This document shows, one piece after another, positions 1-14,188 of a stretch of DNA of 64,000 bases (positions are counted from its first letter, which is position 1; each line of letters starts with the position of its first letter). Origin of the DNA: Eledone cirrhosa (Eukaryota); assembly GCA_964016885.1 (NCBI GenBank), contig OZ024743.1, forward strand, positions 73,718,001-73,782,000, read 5' to 3'. The notes beneath the pieces were generated by a model. The model was not told the DNA's origin. It searched no databases and worked only from the letters and a program-made list of their open reading frames with translations. The position numbers and the translations under genes were made by a program.

Positions 1-377
1 TGAGTATTACCCTTCATCAGTACAGTTCACTGTTCACCTGCCAACTGTTATAGCTAGTGAAAATATATGATATTTTCTAAAATATACAGTGACTGATCGG
101 CTTGGTAATACCCAGAAACGTTAGTGTCTGCAGTTCTGTTTACATGCCAACACAAGAGCAAGAATGAGGCACTCATTTTATTGACATGGCTTTAAAAATG
201 AGGCTGTTTGCATAATTGCAAACGAATCGAATATTATTATGGGACTAGTAGCTAAAGAAAACAAATAAGGTTAGTAGTATTCTGGGTGAAGCTGATTGCT
301 ATTACAACAAGCCATTTGTGAAAGCATGGTACGTTACCAAACTATCATTAATTGAGAATATATAGATGTGTGTATCT

Positions 378-655
378 GACTGATAAAATGACAGGTCAGT
401 CAATCATATTGGTGGCCTCTCTACAACCCCAGCGGACAGAATGGAGAAGGCGTTTCCCCGGGGGGCGGCAAGGGAGACGCGCTGGAAAAGCCATTCCACC
501 TGCGGCTGGCCAGTTCAGTGCCTATGGTAGTGAGTAGGGAGGTAGCCCTAGGGCCGAGGACACCAGAAGTCTCCACTGCCAAGGGTACAACCACAAACTT
601 GTCGGAGAGCGACCGGTATTTGAAGAGTTTGGCTTCCTCAGCCCGAGGTGCAGCT
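378..655 (-). mobile_element. 3' fragment of CRE-like non-LTR retrotransposon (restriction-like endonuclease C-terminus plus 3' UTR)
   Basis: Reverse complement matches the 10398-10735 copy, including the tail ggccaccaatatgattgactgac. Confidence 0.7.
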
Positions 656-727
656 CGAAAAACTCAGATTAGATTTATTAAAAAATTAAAGGATTGTGCT
701 TAAATTAATAAAAAAAACGAATATTAT

Positions 728-790
728 ATGGGGTCAATAAAATAAAGTACCAGTAATTGCTGGCCTTGTGCCAAAAGTAGAAACAATTAT
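728..790 (+). mobile_element. 3' fragment of tRNA-derived SINE
   Basis: ggggtcaataaaataaagtaccag...ggccttgtgccaaaagtagaaacaatt matches the 3' half of the SINE at 18644-18866. Confidence 0.7.
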
Positions 791-1050
791 ATATATACAA
801 CGCTCTGTGTTAGTACCAATTAAAGAGCATCTCAATCACGATCATAGTTCGTAGAGTGTGGATTTCAGGGACCCAGGATGACAGATATTTCCACCAGTAT
901 GGGTTCGACGATAAACATAGCGGAGAACGGCTGTTGTTGTCCTTCGATATAATTGAGAAAATCATAAACATCCATAAATAGCTACAGGTGTGGATGTGTA
1001 TCTTAGAGCTACGTAGGCTTTCACACACGCACACATGCACACACTCATCT

Positions 1051-1091
<41 letters not shown>

Positions 1092-1249
1092 ACACACTCA
1101 CGCTCACACAGGAATGTATGTACATCTTTATATAGATAGGGACACACCCTTCCACCCACTCAGTCTATTGTCACTCTGCTACCGCTACTAACCGTTTGGC
1201 CACGTGCGTGCCCTTTCACTACTCATCTGTTTACATACCACACGCAAAC

Positions 1250-3610
1250 ATGCCACACCACCACATCACCACACCGCCACCACAATACCACCACACCACC
1301 ACCACACCACACCGCCACCACAACACCACCACACCACCACCACATCACCACACCGCCACCACAACACCACCACCACACCACACCGCCACCACAACACCAC
1401 CACCACACCACCACATCACCACACCGCCACCACCACACCACCACATCACCACACCGCCACCACAACACCACCACACCACCACCACATCACCACACCGCCA
1501 CCACAACACCACCACACCACCACCACATCACCACACCGCCACCACAACACCACCACCACACCACACCGCCACCACAACACCACCACCACACCACCACATC
1601 ACCACACCGCCACCACAACACCACCACCACACCACCACATCACCACACCGCCACCACAATACCACCACACCACCACCACATCACCACACCGCCACTACCA
1701 CATCACCACACCGCCACCACAACACCACCACCACATCACCACATCACCACACAGCCACCACAACACCACCACCACCCACACCACCACATCACCACACCGC
1801 CACCACAACACCACCACCACACCACCACATCACCACACCGCCACCACAACACCACCACCACACCACCCTCATATCCACAATCACCATCAACAACATCATC
1901 ACACAATCACACAACCACTACCTCCACTACCACCACCACACCGCCACCACTACCACCACCACACCGCCATTACTACCACCCTCATATCCACAATCACTAC
2001 CACTACCACCCCCACCACACCACCACAACACCACCCTCATATCCACAATCACCATCAACAACACCCCCACCACCACCACCACCACCACCACCGCACCACC
2101 ACCACCACCACCACCGCACCACCACCCTCATATCCATAATCACCACCACCACCACACCACCACAACACCACCCTTATATCCACAATCACCATCAACAACA
2201 CCACCGCACCACCACCCTCATATCCATAATCACCACCACCACCACTACAACACCACTACCAATACCACTACCCCCACACCACCACCACCACTACCACTAC
2301 CACACCACCACAATCACCATCAACAACACCACCACAACACGACCCTCATATCCACAATCAATACCACAATCACTACCACCACCACTAACACCACCACTAC
2401 CACCACCACAACACCACCCTCATATCCACCACCACTACCACTACCACACAAACACAGACCACTACCCTCATATCCACAATCACTACCACCACCACTAACA
2501 CCACCACTACCACCAGCACTACCACCACCACAACACCACCACTACCACTACCACACAAACACAGACTACTACCACCACCACACCACCACCCTCATATCCA
2601 CAATCACTACCACCACCACTACCACCACCACTACCACCACCACTGCCACCAACACTACCACCACTACCACCACCACACAAACACATCCCACTACCCCACC
2701 ACACACCACTACCCCACCACATAGACCACTACCACCACCACACAAACACATCCCACTACCCCACCACACACCACTACCCCACCACATAGACCACTACCAC
2801 CACCACACAAACACATCCCACTACCCCACCACACACCACTACCCCACCACATAGACCACTACCACCACCACACAAACACATCCCACTACCCTACCACTAT
2901 TATGGCTATTATTTGTATTCCTTTGTGTTCTTGTTTACATTTATTTGATCAGTTCTCTCAGAACGTCCACCCACCGACACCCCAAACACCCCACTGCCAC
3001 ACCACTCACACCCAAACACCCCGCCACTCACACCCACCCAAACACCCCACATACCCCACCACTCACACCCACCAACACACCCCAACACACCCACACACTC
3101 ATATACCCCACCACTCCCACCCACACACACACTCCCACACCACTCACACCCACCCAAACACCTCACACACCCCACCACTCACACCCACATACCCCCTCCC
3201 CCCACATCCCAGCACTAACACTCAACCACACACCCCACTCCCTCACCACTCACACCCACCCAGATACCCCACTCTCACCACTCACACACATCCACACACC
3301 TCCACCCCCTCACCACTCACCCCGCCCCACACCTCCACTCCTTCACCCCACCCCGCACCTCCGCTCCCTCACCACTCACCCCACCCCACCCCCACCACTC
3401 ATCCCACCTACACCCCTCACTCACACCCACCCACACATCACACTCCCTCACCACTCACACACATCCACACACCCTACTCCTTCACCATTCAAACACACCC
3501 TACTCCCTCACCACTCACACTCACTCACACCCACCCACACCCCACCCAAACACCCCACACACCCTACTCCCTCACCACTCCCACACCACTTCCACCCAAC
3601 CACTATACCA
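1250..3610. repeat. Degenerate (CAC/CCA)n low-complexity tract with minisatellite substructure
   Basis: C/A-rich triplet repeats. The His/Thr/Pro ORFs in all three frames are translation artefacts. Confidence 0.95.
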
Positions 3611-3914
3611 CAACAGAAAGTATCTCATCAGTGGTCAGGACTTCTGGGTGTGGACATTTGTGTGGACATTTATTTGGACTTTATTTGGACCAATGAAAAC
3701 GAACCAATGTGGGAGCCTTAATCCGGTTGTTTGACTTGTTGAAAAGACAGCTAAACGTTCTTCAAATTACACCCTGGTGGCAGGATTGGACTTAGAACTT
3801 GGGGACCAGAGGCACTTCAGGTGGGGGGAGGGGAGGCTCACATACATTTAAAAAAATAGAATATACAGCAACCCCCCCCCCCCCCCAAAAAAAAAAATTT
3901 GCATATAAAAATGG

Positions 3915-4150
3915 ACCGGTGTGGTGGGGCTGGCACCAGGTTTGGATTTAACCTGGAGGGAACGTGAAGAGGGGGGCTTCAGTTCTTTTAGAATACACAG
4001 CAACCTCCCCCCCTCAATTTTACATATCAAACTTAGCTTGGTACAAGTAATTTGAATTGAAAAGTTATACATATAGGTATTAAATTCAAAAATTCTAACC
4101 ATCCTAAAACTAAAGAGCACAGCTGACGGCACAAATAAATTGCTACGGAC
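3915..4150 (+). repeat. Dispersed repeat, second copy inverted at about 27580-27826
   Basis: Shared blocks ggggctggcaccaggtttggattta, gaaaagttatacat and ttctaaccatcctaaaactaaa are found reverse-complemented at 27580-27826. Confidence 0.75.
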
Positions 4151-4374
4151 AACGCTGATGCCCCTACATGCAAACACACCAACTACAGGGGGGGGGGGTA
4201 ATCCCCCCCCCCCCCCTGCGGTGTCTTTAAAATGGGAATGGTAAATTCAGTCATATAGTCCTCATTAGCATTAAAATTACGGAATGTCCGTGATTGAATT
4301 GCCTTTGATAATAACTCTCCTTGGTTTAGTAATAAATAAGAATTGGCATCCAACACCGCAAACGATCTTAATGT

Positions 4375-6735
4375 TAATGTAGTCCTAGATATGATAATGT
4401 AATCCTAGATACATATGATAATGTAGTCCTAGATACATATGATAATGTAGTCCTAGATAAACATATGATAATGTAGTCCTAGATACACATATGATAATGT
4501 AGTCCTAGATACATATGATAATGTAGTCCTACATACATATGATAATGTAGTCCTAGATACACATATGATAATGTAGTCCTAGATATATATGATAATGTAG
4601 TCCTACATACATATGATAATGTAGTCCTAGATACACATATGATAATGTAATCCTAGATACACATATGATAATGTAGTCCTAGATATATATGATAATGTAG
4701 TCCTAGATACACATATGATAATGTAGTCCTAGATACATATGATAATGTAGTCCTACATACATATGATAATGTAGTCCTAGATACACATATGATAATGTAG
4801 TCCTAGATACATATGATACTGTAGTCCTACATACATATGATAATGTAGTCCTAGATACACATATGATAATGTAATCCTAGATACACATATGATAATGTAG
4901 TCCTAGATATATATGATAATGTAGTCCTAGATACATATGATAATGTAGTCCTACATACATATGATAATGTAGTCCTAGATACACATATGATAATGTAGTC
5001 CTAGATACACATATGATAATGTAGTCCTAGATAAACATATGATAATGTATTCCTAGATACATATATGATAATGTAGTCCTAGATACACATGTAATAATGT
5101 AGTCCTAGATACACATGTGATAATGTAGTCCTAGATAAACATATGATAATGTAGTCCTAGATAAACATATGATAATGTAGTCCTAGATAAACATATGATA
5201 ATGTAGTCCTAGATACATATGTGATAATGTAGTCCTAGATACACATGTGATAATGTAGTCCTAGATACACATATGATAATGTAGTCCTAGATACACATGT
5301 GATAATGTAGTCCTAGATACACATATGATAATATAGTCCTAGATACACATATGGTATGTAGTCCTAGATACACATGTGATAATGTAGTCCTAGATACACA
5401 TGTGATAATGTAGTCCTAGATACACATATGATAATGTAGTCCTAGATACACATATGGTAATGTAGTCCTAGATACACATGTGATAATGTAGTCCTAGATA
5501 CATATGTGATAATGTTGTCATAGATACACATACGATAATGTAGTCCTAGATCACATATGATAATGTAGTCCTAGATACACATGATAATGTAGTCCTAGAT
5601 ACACATGATAATGTAGTCCTAGATACACATGTGATAATGTAGTCCTAGATACACATATGATAATGTAGTCCTAGATACACATGTGATAATGTAGTCCTAG
5701 ATACACATATGATAATGTAGTCCTAGATACACATATGGTAATGTAGTCCTAGATACATATGTGATAATGTTGTCATAGATACACATGCGATAATGTAGTC
5801 CTAGATATATATGATAATGTAGTCCTAGATACACATATGATAATGTAGTCCTAGATACACATATGATAATGTAGTCCTAGATATATATGATAATGTAGTC
5901 CTAGATACACATATGATAATGTAGTCCTAGATATATATGATAATGTAGTCCTAGATACACATATGATAATGTAGTCCTAGATATATATGATAATGTAGTC
6001 CTAGATATATATGATAATGTAGTCCTAGATACACATATGATAATGTAGTCCTAGATATATATGATAATGTAGTCCTAGATACATATGATAATGTAGTCCT
6101 AGATACACATATGATAATGTAGTCCTAGAAACACATATGATAATGTAGTCCTAGATACATATGATAATGTAGTCCTAGATATATATGATAATGTAGTCCT
6201 AGATACATATGATAATGTAGTCCTAGATACATATGATAATGTAGTCCTAGATACATCTTATAATGTAGACCTAGATACATATATGATAATGTAGTCCTAG
6301 ATATATATGATAATGTAGTCCTAGCTACATATGATAATGTAGTCCTAGATACATATGATAATGTAGTCCTAGATACATCTTATAATGTAGACCTAGATAC
6401 ATATATGATAATGTAGTCCTAGATATATATGATAATGTAGTCCTAGATACATATGATAATGTAGTCCTAGATACACATATGATAATGTAGTCCTAGATAA
6501 ACATATGATAATGTAGACCTAGATACATATATGATAATGTAGTCCTAGATATATATGATAATGTAGTCATAGATACATATATGATAATGTAGTACTAGCT
6601 ACATATGATAATGTAGTCCTAGATACATATGATAATGTATTCCTAGATACATCTTATAATGTAGACCTAGATACATATGATAATGTAGTCCTAGATATAT
6701 ATGATAATATATTCTAAGATACACATGTGATAATT
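4375..6735. repeat. 25-27 bp minisatellite (gataatgtagtcctagatac[ac]atat), roughly 90 units
   Basis: Directly visible tandem array with 2-bp length variants. Confidence 0.97.
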
Positions 6736-7184
6736 TAATCGTTTATCAGGGTTTCCCAACCTGGGCGATATCTTACACTGGTGTAGCGATTTCAACCGTT
6801 AGTAGGGAAGGCATGGCAACTGAAGAGAGAATGGTCGGTGATATAAGATTTTGAGTATAAGTTATTTCAATATATGCTATCTGAGGAGTAAATTTAAAGG
6901 AAATATGCAAAAACGACTGTATAACAAGAGGAGGCTAAATGGGAATAACTGGGTTACATTCCTACATAAGATATAAACATCTTCGCAAACAAGGAATATT
7001 TTGATATTTTCTATAGTTTGGGGAAGGGTCATTTAACATTCACATAATTCTTCGGACAAATAAATCTAATACGGCAAGACCAAGAACAACTTTGACAGTA
7101 GACTTTTATTATTACGTTTTCCGTGAAAACATTTCCTTGAACATACTTGGATCACGAATAGCCACACTTAGTAATCTTTCAGAA

Positions 7185-7252
7185 CTCAGATCATAAAGGG
7201 CCGTAACTCTAAGCTGCAAAGCATAGCGTCCGAACCTCTACTGATTCTGCCA
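7185..7252 (-). mobile_element. 5' fragment of tRNA-derived SINE
   Basis: gaactcaga...ccgtaactcta...cgtccgaacctctactgattctgcc matches the SINE head in reverse. Confidence 0.65.
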
Positions 7253-8370
7253 ATGATAAGTTAGTCCTGGATACACAATGTTTGAAGAAGATGTAACAGT
7301 CAAAAATGGAATGTCGGATCAAAGCTTTGCTCAATTAGGGTCAGCTTGGGGCTAAAAACCAAAGCTACCACAATAACCACTGGCAATACCATTTCTACCA
7401 CCACCACCACCCTCATTACGGCTATAACCACAACACCTTTAATATCACCACCAACATCACTGCCTTTTTTTACTACTGCAATCACCACCACCAACAACAA
7501 CAACAGCAACAGCTAATACCACTACCACCACATTTATACCACCAGTACCACCACCACTAATATCACCACCAACAACAACAGCAACAACCACTACCACTAC
7601 CACCACACCTCGAACATTACCTCCCTCGCCGCCCTTATTACCACCACCACCACAAACAACCACCACCAAAAACCATCAAAACCACCACCACTACCACCAA
7701 TACAACCACCATTACCACCGCCAACACAACCACCACCACCATCACCCCCACCACCAGCAACACCACCACCACCATCACCACCACCACCATCACCACCACC
7801 ACCAACACCACCATCACCACTACTACCACCATCACCACCACCACCATCACCACCACCACCAACACCACCATCACCACTACTACCACTATCACCAATTCAA
7901 TATAAAACACTCACTATCATTCCTTCCTGACAACAAGTTAAAGTTTCGGGTAGGTGAGGCCCTTGTTAAGGGCAGAACACACAGAAACCTTTTCATCAGA
8001 AACATCACGTACAGCTATTTAATGTCACATCTATGTCAATACACATTGATACTCGACTCAACACACGGGTAACTACAGCCGGCCCCATTATTGTAGGAAG
8101 CAGTGTGGTGGTGGTGGTGGTTGTTGTGGCGGTGACGATGGCAGTGGTGGGGGTTATGGTGATGGGGTGAAGGTCCTTGTGGCCCGAGTAAGGGGAAGGG
8201 GTCAAGGCAACTATTACCAACACGATATGTCCACGCTGTTATCTCCATCAAAGAAATACGTTAGGTTACAGGGAAACATAACAATTTAATTGCAGGCATT
8301 CCAATACACACATATACACAAACATATATAGCATGTATATATATATATACATATGTTTATATACATATAT

Positions 8371-8425
<55 letters not shown>

Positions 8426-8711
8426 GAGAGAGAGAGATATATATATAGATATATATGTATATATACATATATACAGTATATGTGTATATATATGTGTATA
8501 TATATATATATATATATTTTTTTTTTTATTTTATAGAAGGAGCTTCTACAGGACTAGTACTGTTTCATTCAGATGACATTTTTTACTCTGCCATGTATTG
8601 AGTACCTTACTTACTGTGGTTATCCCCGACTCAACCCGGAACCTACGTATATATATATATATATATACATATTATATACATATATATATATATGTATATA
8701 TATATAAATAG

Positions 8712-8747
<36 letters not shown>

Positions 8748-9133
8748 ATATATATATATATGTGTGTATGTATGTATATATATATATTAGAAAGAGTCGG
8801 GGCTGATCTGCTGAGCTCTCACCGTGTTTCAACGGCTAGTATAAATACTTGGTTTTTGTATATCTTTTGCAAGATATTGGATGTGAAACCGTATGTTGAA
8901 AAATGTATTGTTATAGTTTGGTAGGGTCACACTGCCAATAAAAACACACGCACTAGTCCAGTTTGACTGCAGGTTCTCATTATTTAAGTAACTGATTCAT
9001 TCATCAGTTTATTAACTGGGTGGATTGATAGTTAATTGTTAAGCATCTTTCGTCAAACATCCTTTGATCTTCGCAATGACTATTCTTTGTTCTCTATGTC
9101 CCCCTTTGTTCTGATCTTGTGTATATATATATT

Positions 9134-9165
<32 letters not shown>

Positions 9166-9199
9166 AATTTAAAAAAAGTAAATTTTTTTTTATTTTTAA

Positions 9200-9287
9200 T
9201 TTAAAATTTAGAGGTTTTTTTAACTGTGGTCCTGAGATGAAGTTTAGATCGGCTGAAAATGCATTGATTCTTGGGTGTTTTTAAAAT

Positions 9288-9385
<98 letters not shown>

Positions 9386-9485
9386 ACTTTAAAAACACGC
9401 AAGAATCAATGCATTTTCAGCCGATCTAAACTTCATCTTTGGCTCATAGGACCACAATTAAAAAAACCTCTAAATTTTAAATTTA
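9200..9485. repeat. Imperfect inverted repeat (arms about 95-105 bp) around a central (TA)n
   Basis: gatgaagtttagatcggctgaaaatgcattgattcttg is mirrored by caagaatcaatgcattttcagccgatctaaacttcatc. Confidence 0.85.
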
Positions 9486-9660
9486 AAATTTTAGAAATTT
9501 TTTTTTTTTTGATTTTTACAAAAATTTTTTTATAGTTTTATTACTTGACCTTCAGCAGTTGTTTCAAGGTCGGCATAATCACAGTTTATTTTTGAATATA
9601 GATATTTCTTATCATATATCAATCACAATAATGACAACAGTAACATCAGACATTCTAGAC

Positions 9661-9974
9661 CAGCGGTTCTCAACCTGGTCCATGTGGACCACTAGTGGTC
9701 CACAGGAAAATTCAGGTGGTCCACGGTTTCTAACATGCATTTGACTTAAAGCGCTGTTCTTATTCTTCGCATAAGTACGACTTCAGCTGTTTATTTGCGT
9801 AGATTTTTAGGCACAGCAACATGATAATAGCATTTTCTAATTCATTGAAAAAAAACATCTACTGATGCTCATAAGTAGCAGTTCAATTACAAAAGATTTT
9901 AAAGTTTAGGTGGTCCACAGTAAAAAATTACTTATTTTGGTGGTCCACAGTGAAAAAAAGGTTGAGAACCCCTG
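9661..9974. mobile_element. hAT (Charlie/Buster-like) MITE
   Basis: TIRs cagcggttctcaacct / aggttgagaacccctg, tctaga on both flanks, and internal gtggtccac subterminal repeats. Confidence 0.85.
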
Positions 9975-10397
9975 TCTAGAATCTAGACTATTCTAGAAAA
10001 TACGAGATTTCGAGAAATCTCCAATAACTATATATTTTCTTCACAAGAAAAAAACGGAAAGGGTTCCTTAAAAATATTTTTCAAACACACTTTTTCGAAA
10101 TTAAATGCAAGGCTGTAGCTTCAAGAGTCTATTTAAGGATAGTTAGTGTTTGGTGGCTGTGCAGGTATGGTATGTTTTAGCATATTATGTATGAGATCTG
10201 AGAGAGTTACATATGTAGAGTCATGATTAAATGTAGCTTTTCACAAACACACGCACTCTTGAACACATATCGTCACAGTTACACAAATATCGATACATAA
10301 ATGTGTGTGTGTGTGTGTGTGTATGTGTGTGTGTGTGTGTGTGTTCACATTGTACTAAGAAATTAGAAAACAAAATGAAATAATATGTATTACTTTC

Positions 10398-10735
10398 TCC
10401 AGCCGCAACCTGGTGCAGTCTGCGACTAACCCAGGTTCTGCTGCACCTCGGGCTGAGGAGGACAAACTCTTTAAATACCGGTCGCTCTCCGACAGGTTTG
10501 CGGTTGTACCCTTGGCAGTGGAGACTTCTGGTGTCCTCGGCCCTAGGGCTACCTCCCTTCTCACCACCATAGGCGCTGAGCTGGCCAGCCGCAAGTGTGA
10601 GCCTCTCGAGTTGGAATGGCTTTTCCAGCGCGTCTTCCTTGCCGCCCTCTGGCGAAACGCCTTCCCCATTCTGTCCGCCGGGGCTGTGGGGAGGCCACCA
10701 ATATGATTGACTGACTTGTAATTTTATCAGTCAAC
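10398..10735 (+). mobile_element. 3' fragment of CRE-like non-LTR retrotransposon (RLE domain)
   Basis: ORF 10413-10706: GSAAPRAEEDKLFKYRSL..FAVVPLAVETSGVLGPRA..WLFQRVFLA, typical of the CRE-clade RLE C-terminus. Confidence 0.75.
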
Positions 10736-11029
10736 TGTTGCTGTAATGTGGGAAATATATATGCATTATGCGTGTGCTTATAAATGTAATACTCTGCACT
10801 TGAAATGTATTACATTTGCTAGGCCATCGGAGTGGAAATGGTAATATCTATTTTGATGTACACAATTTCTGGCTGATTCATTAAAGATTTTGTTTAGAAT
10901 TTGAACTGGGTGTAATATTCTATATATATTTATATATTTATTTACTGGCTAGATGTATAGCTGAACAGCTAGGCAGGACTCTCTTATGTACACATATATG
11001 CACCAGGTCCGAACACAAAATAACTGGCT

Positions 11030-11395
11030 AGATATTTAGCTGACAGCGAGGCAGGACTCATTCTCTCTAATGTACCCATATATACACCAGGTCCAAACAC
11101 AAAATAACCAAACACCCACTGTCAATAACCCCGTCTCTCCCGCTCTCCCCACCTCTCACTAATATGAGAAAAAGGGGGCCCACGCACTGCCCGCCACGCA
11201 GTCCCGGCAGGCAGAATAGAGAAAGAGTTTCCCCGAAAGATGGTGAGGGTGACGCGTTGAAAAAGCCATTCCAGCTCGTAAGGCTCCAACTCTGTGGTGC
11301 GGTGGTGAGTAGGGAGGTGGCCCTAGGGCTAAGCACACCAGAAATCTCCACTGAAATGGGCTCGACCATAAACCTGTCGGAGAGCGACTGATATT
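11030..11395 (-). mobile_element. Diverged CRE-like RLE fragment with 3' region
   Basis: VEPISVEISGVLSPRATSLLTT, homologous to the 10.4-kb copy. Further fragments lie at about 15330-15530 (-) and 19555-19615 (-). Confidence 0.65.
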
Positions 11396-11578
11396 TCTTA
11401 ACACCGGCTTTCTATTATTCAATATACACCTACTACTATCTTTGTATAAGTCTAATGCAAACTAAATAAGTGATTTATACACAAACAATTCGTTGTAAAC
11501 TTTTATGGTAACGTGTATGTGCTTCTCTCTCTCTCTCCCTCTCTCTCTATCTCTCTCTCACCCCCTCACTCTCTCTCT

Positions 11579-11647
<69 letters not shown>

Positions 11648-11686
11648 ATATTTATATATATATATATATATATATGCGTGTGCGGC

Positions 11687-11875
11687 TACAACTTCGATTG
11701 ATACAGGGTAACGACTGAAAAACTTGTTCGCTTTCAATCTTTTATTTTATTTTCACACATAATACTGAAAAAAATCCATTACTTAAATTTCCGAATAAAA
11801 TAATTAAAATTAAAAACCATGTGTTTACATCATTCAGTCTTTCAGTAGCCACCCTATATCTATGATGATGTATAT
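11687..11875 (+). repeat. Dispersed repeat of about 190 bp (second copy 37975-38170)
   Basis: ggctacaacttcgattgatacagggt...gatgtatat is near-identical in both copies, and both sit between microsatellites. Confidence 0.85.
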
Positions 11876-11876
11876 G

Positions 11877-11941
<65 letters not shown>

Positions 11942-11985
11942 CGACGAAACATAAGTCAATTGCATGAACTCATAATCCTTTATTT

Positions 11986-12041
11986 ACAGCTATATATATT
12001 TCGATGATAGCCATTGAATGGCTATGACCTCATCAGGCAGT
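11986..12041 (-). ncRNA. Type I hammerhead ribozyme motif within a (TA)n-flanked repeat (11941-12105)
   Basis: actgc-CTGATGA-ggtc atagccat tca atggctat catc-GAAA-tatata-TA-gctgt, with one mismatch in stem I. Confidence 0.7.
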
Positions 12042-12100
12042 TAGTCAGTTCTTAGATATGCCAGCTCTGTGTTTATAGTGTTGATGGTATCAGAGCCTTG

Positions 12101-12158
<58 letters not shown>

Positions 12159-12230
12159 CGGCGATGAGTGTGTTCTGTTATTAATTCTGGCAATATTATT
12201 ACACAAATATGACCCTCCCCAAGTATAACA

Positions 12231-12261
<31 letters not shown>

Positions 12262-12757
12262 TATATACATATATGTATATGATCGACGGAGAAACATCTA
12301 ATATGTTAATAAATTGTTATTTCATGCAATAATATATATACATACATACATACACATATATATATATGTAAAAGGTAAACAGAAATAACAACACAATCGG
12401 TACAGTATATGGAACGTATATATTACGTAAACGCTTGATATAGCATGAAGAGGGTCTTAAACTCAAAATAGTCTCTTACAATTAAATAGCTCAAAGAAAG
12501 TAGCTTTTCTGAGCAGTGTAATATAATTGAATATAAAATAGAGATCAACACAGATATAAACATATATGTGTTCAAATTGTAAGAGACCAAGATTGCAAGG
12601 TTGAAAGAAATACTAACTATTAACTATATTGTTTGCCAGTCTCAATTTAAAGTAATAAATCAAGAAAAAGAAAAACAAACCTATATATGGCAGCTAATTG
12701 TTAGTATTTTTGTCAACCTAGCGATCTTGATGCCTTACAATTTGAACACATATATTC

Positions 12758-12789
<32 letters not shown>

Positions 12790-12798
<9 letters not shown>

Positions 12799-13690
12799 TA
12801 AACGGAATAGAAAATGCTGACAAATTGTTCACAGTTGAAAAATGGTTTAATTAGGAATAAAAGAGTATTAGTAATTGTATGGGTTAGTATTCAGTTGTGG
12901 TTTTAAGTTTTTAAGTTTTTACGGGTTGCGCATTTCTAAATGCTTTTCAAAAATAATTTTGAGATAGATGTGTGTGTATATAGCAGAGTAATTCGTGGTA
13001 GCAGGGATGGTCAGTAAGAATGTGTCTGTAAGCAATGGGGGGTATTTTAGCATTATACACACACACACTTATCTTAATAGCTATTTGACACACATCCCTG
13101 CTAATCATTATCACAACATCGAACACCTTACTACTACTACACACACACACACACACATATTTGTTGTGAAAGAGTCATTTCTCAATCTTGGCGCAAAACC
13201 AATTTTTTATTCACATGACCTCTACCGACCAATCAAAATTGTTTTGACCACAAGAATTTTTGCAAACACCAAGTAGCGCTGGAGCCACTTTTTTAACATA
13301 AAAACAGTCTTGGCGCAAAATCAATTTTTTACATTCACATGACCTCTACCGACCAATCAAAATTGTTTTGACCACAAGAATTTTTGCAACACCAAAGTAG
13401 CGCTGGAGCCACTTTTTTAACATAAAAACAGGTAGAATTCCCAAAACTAATCAGATCAGAGCAAACAACACGGACACTCTATCTCAAAATTATTTTTGAA
13501 AAGCATTTAGAAATGCGCAACCAGTAAAAACTTAAAAACTTAAAACCACAACTGAATACTAACCCATACAATTACTAATACTCTTTTATTTCTAATTAAA
13601 CCATTTTTCAACTGTGAACAATTTGTCAGCATTTTCTATTCCGTTTACCAATATATAATAACTTGTGTGTTACACCTCTATTCTTTTAAC
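12790..13690. repeat. Inverted repeat (about 178-bp arms, 12790-12967 / 13478-13655) enclosing a tandem duplication of about 120 bp; (TA)n flanks
   Basis: Arms are near-perfect reverse complements; tcttggcgcaaaa...cataaaaacag occurs twice inside. Confidence 0.9.
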
Positions 13691-13793
13691 TATATATATA
13701 TATATATATATATATACACCCCACTCTCAACGTGAACCTAATACCTACACTGTTCGTAACTGCACTCCCTGTTATTGTTTGTTTTTCACTTTT

Positions 13794-13948
<155 letters not shown>

Positions 13949-13992
13949 ATATACATATATATGTGTGTGTGTGTGTGTGTGTATGTGTGTGT

Positions 13993-14051
<59 letters not shown>

Positions 14052-14188
14052 TGTGTGTAAATCAGGATTGGTTTAGTTTGAAACTGGTTAGACCATTACT
14101 CATCAGAGTACTCGATACTTGGGTAGTAGAGTATGGTTTCATCATAAAGAGTCGGCACCACGACAGTTGAGAACAGCTTTATAATATA

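Noticed and set aside
1196-3721. Long His/Thr/Pro-rich ORFs (552, 311, 264 aa)
   Set aside because: Open in several frames only because C/A-rich repeats lack stop codons; no domain present.
4375-6735. Link between the minisatellite and the 310-bp hammerhead unit via shared atgtagtcct
   Set aside because: Only a 10-bp match, and the minisatellite has no CUGANGA/GAAA core.
6748-6766. hAT-like TIR start (cagggtttcccaacctggg)
   Set aside because: No matching opposite end found.
12450-12480. atgaagaggg..ctcaaaatagtc hammerhead remnant
   Set aside because: Two core changes and no stem I.
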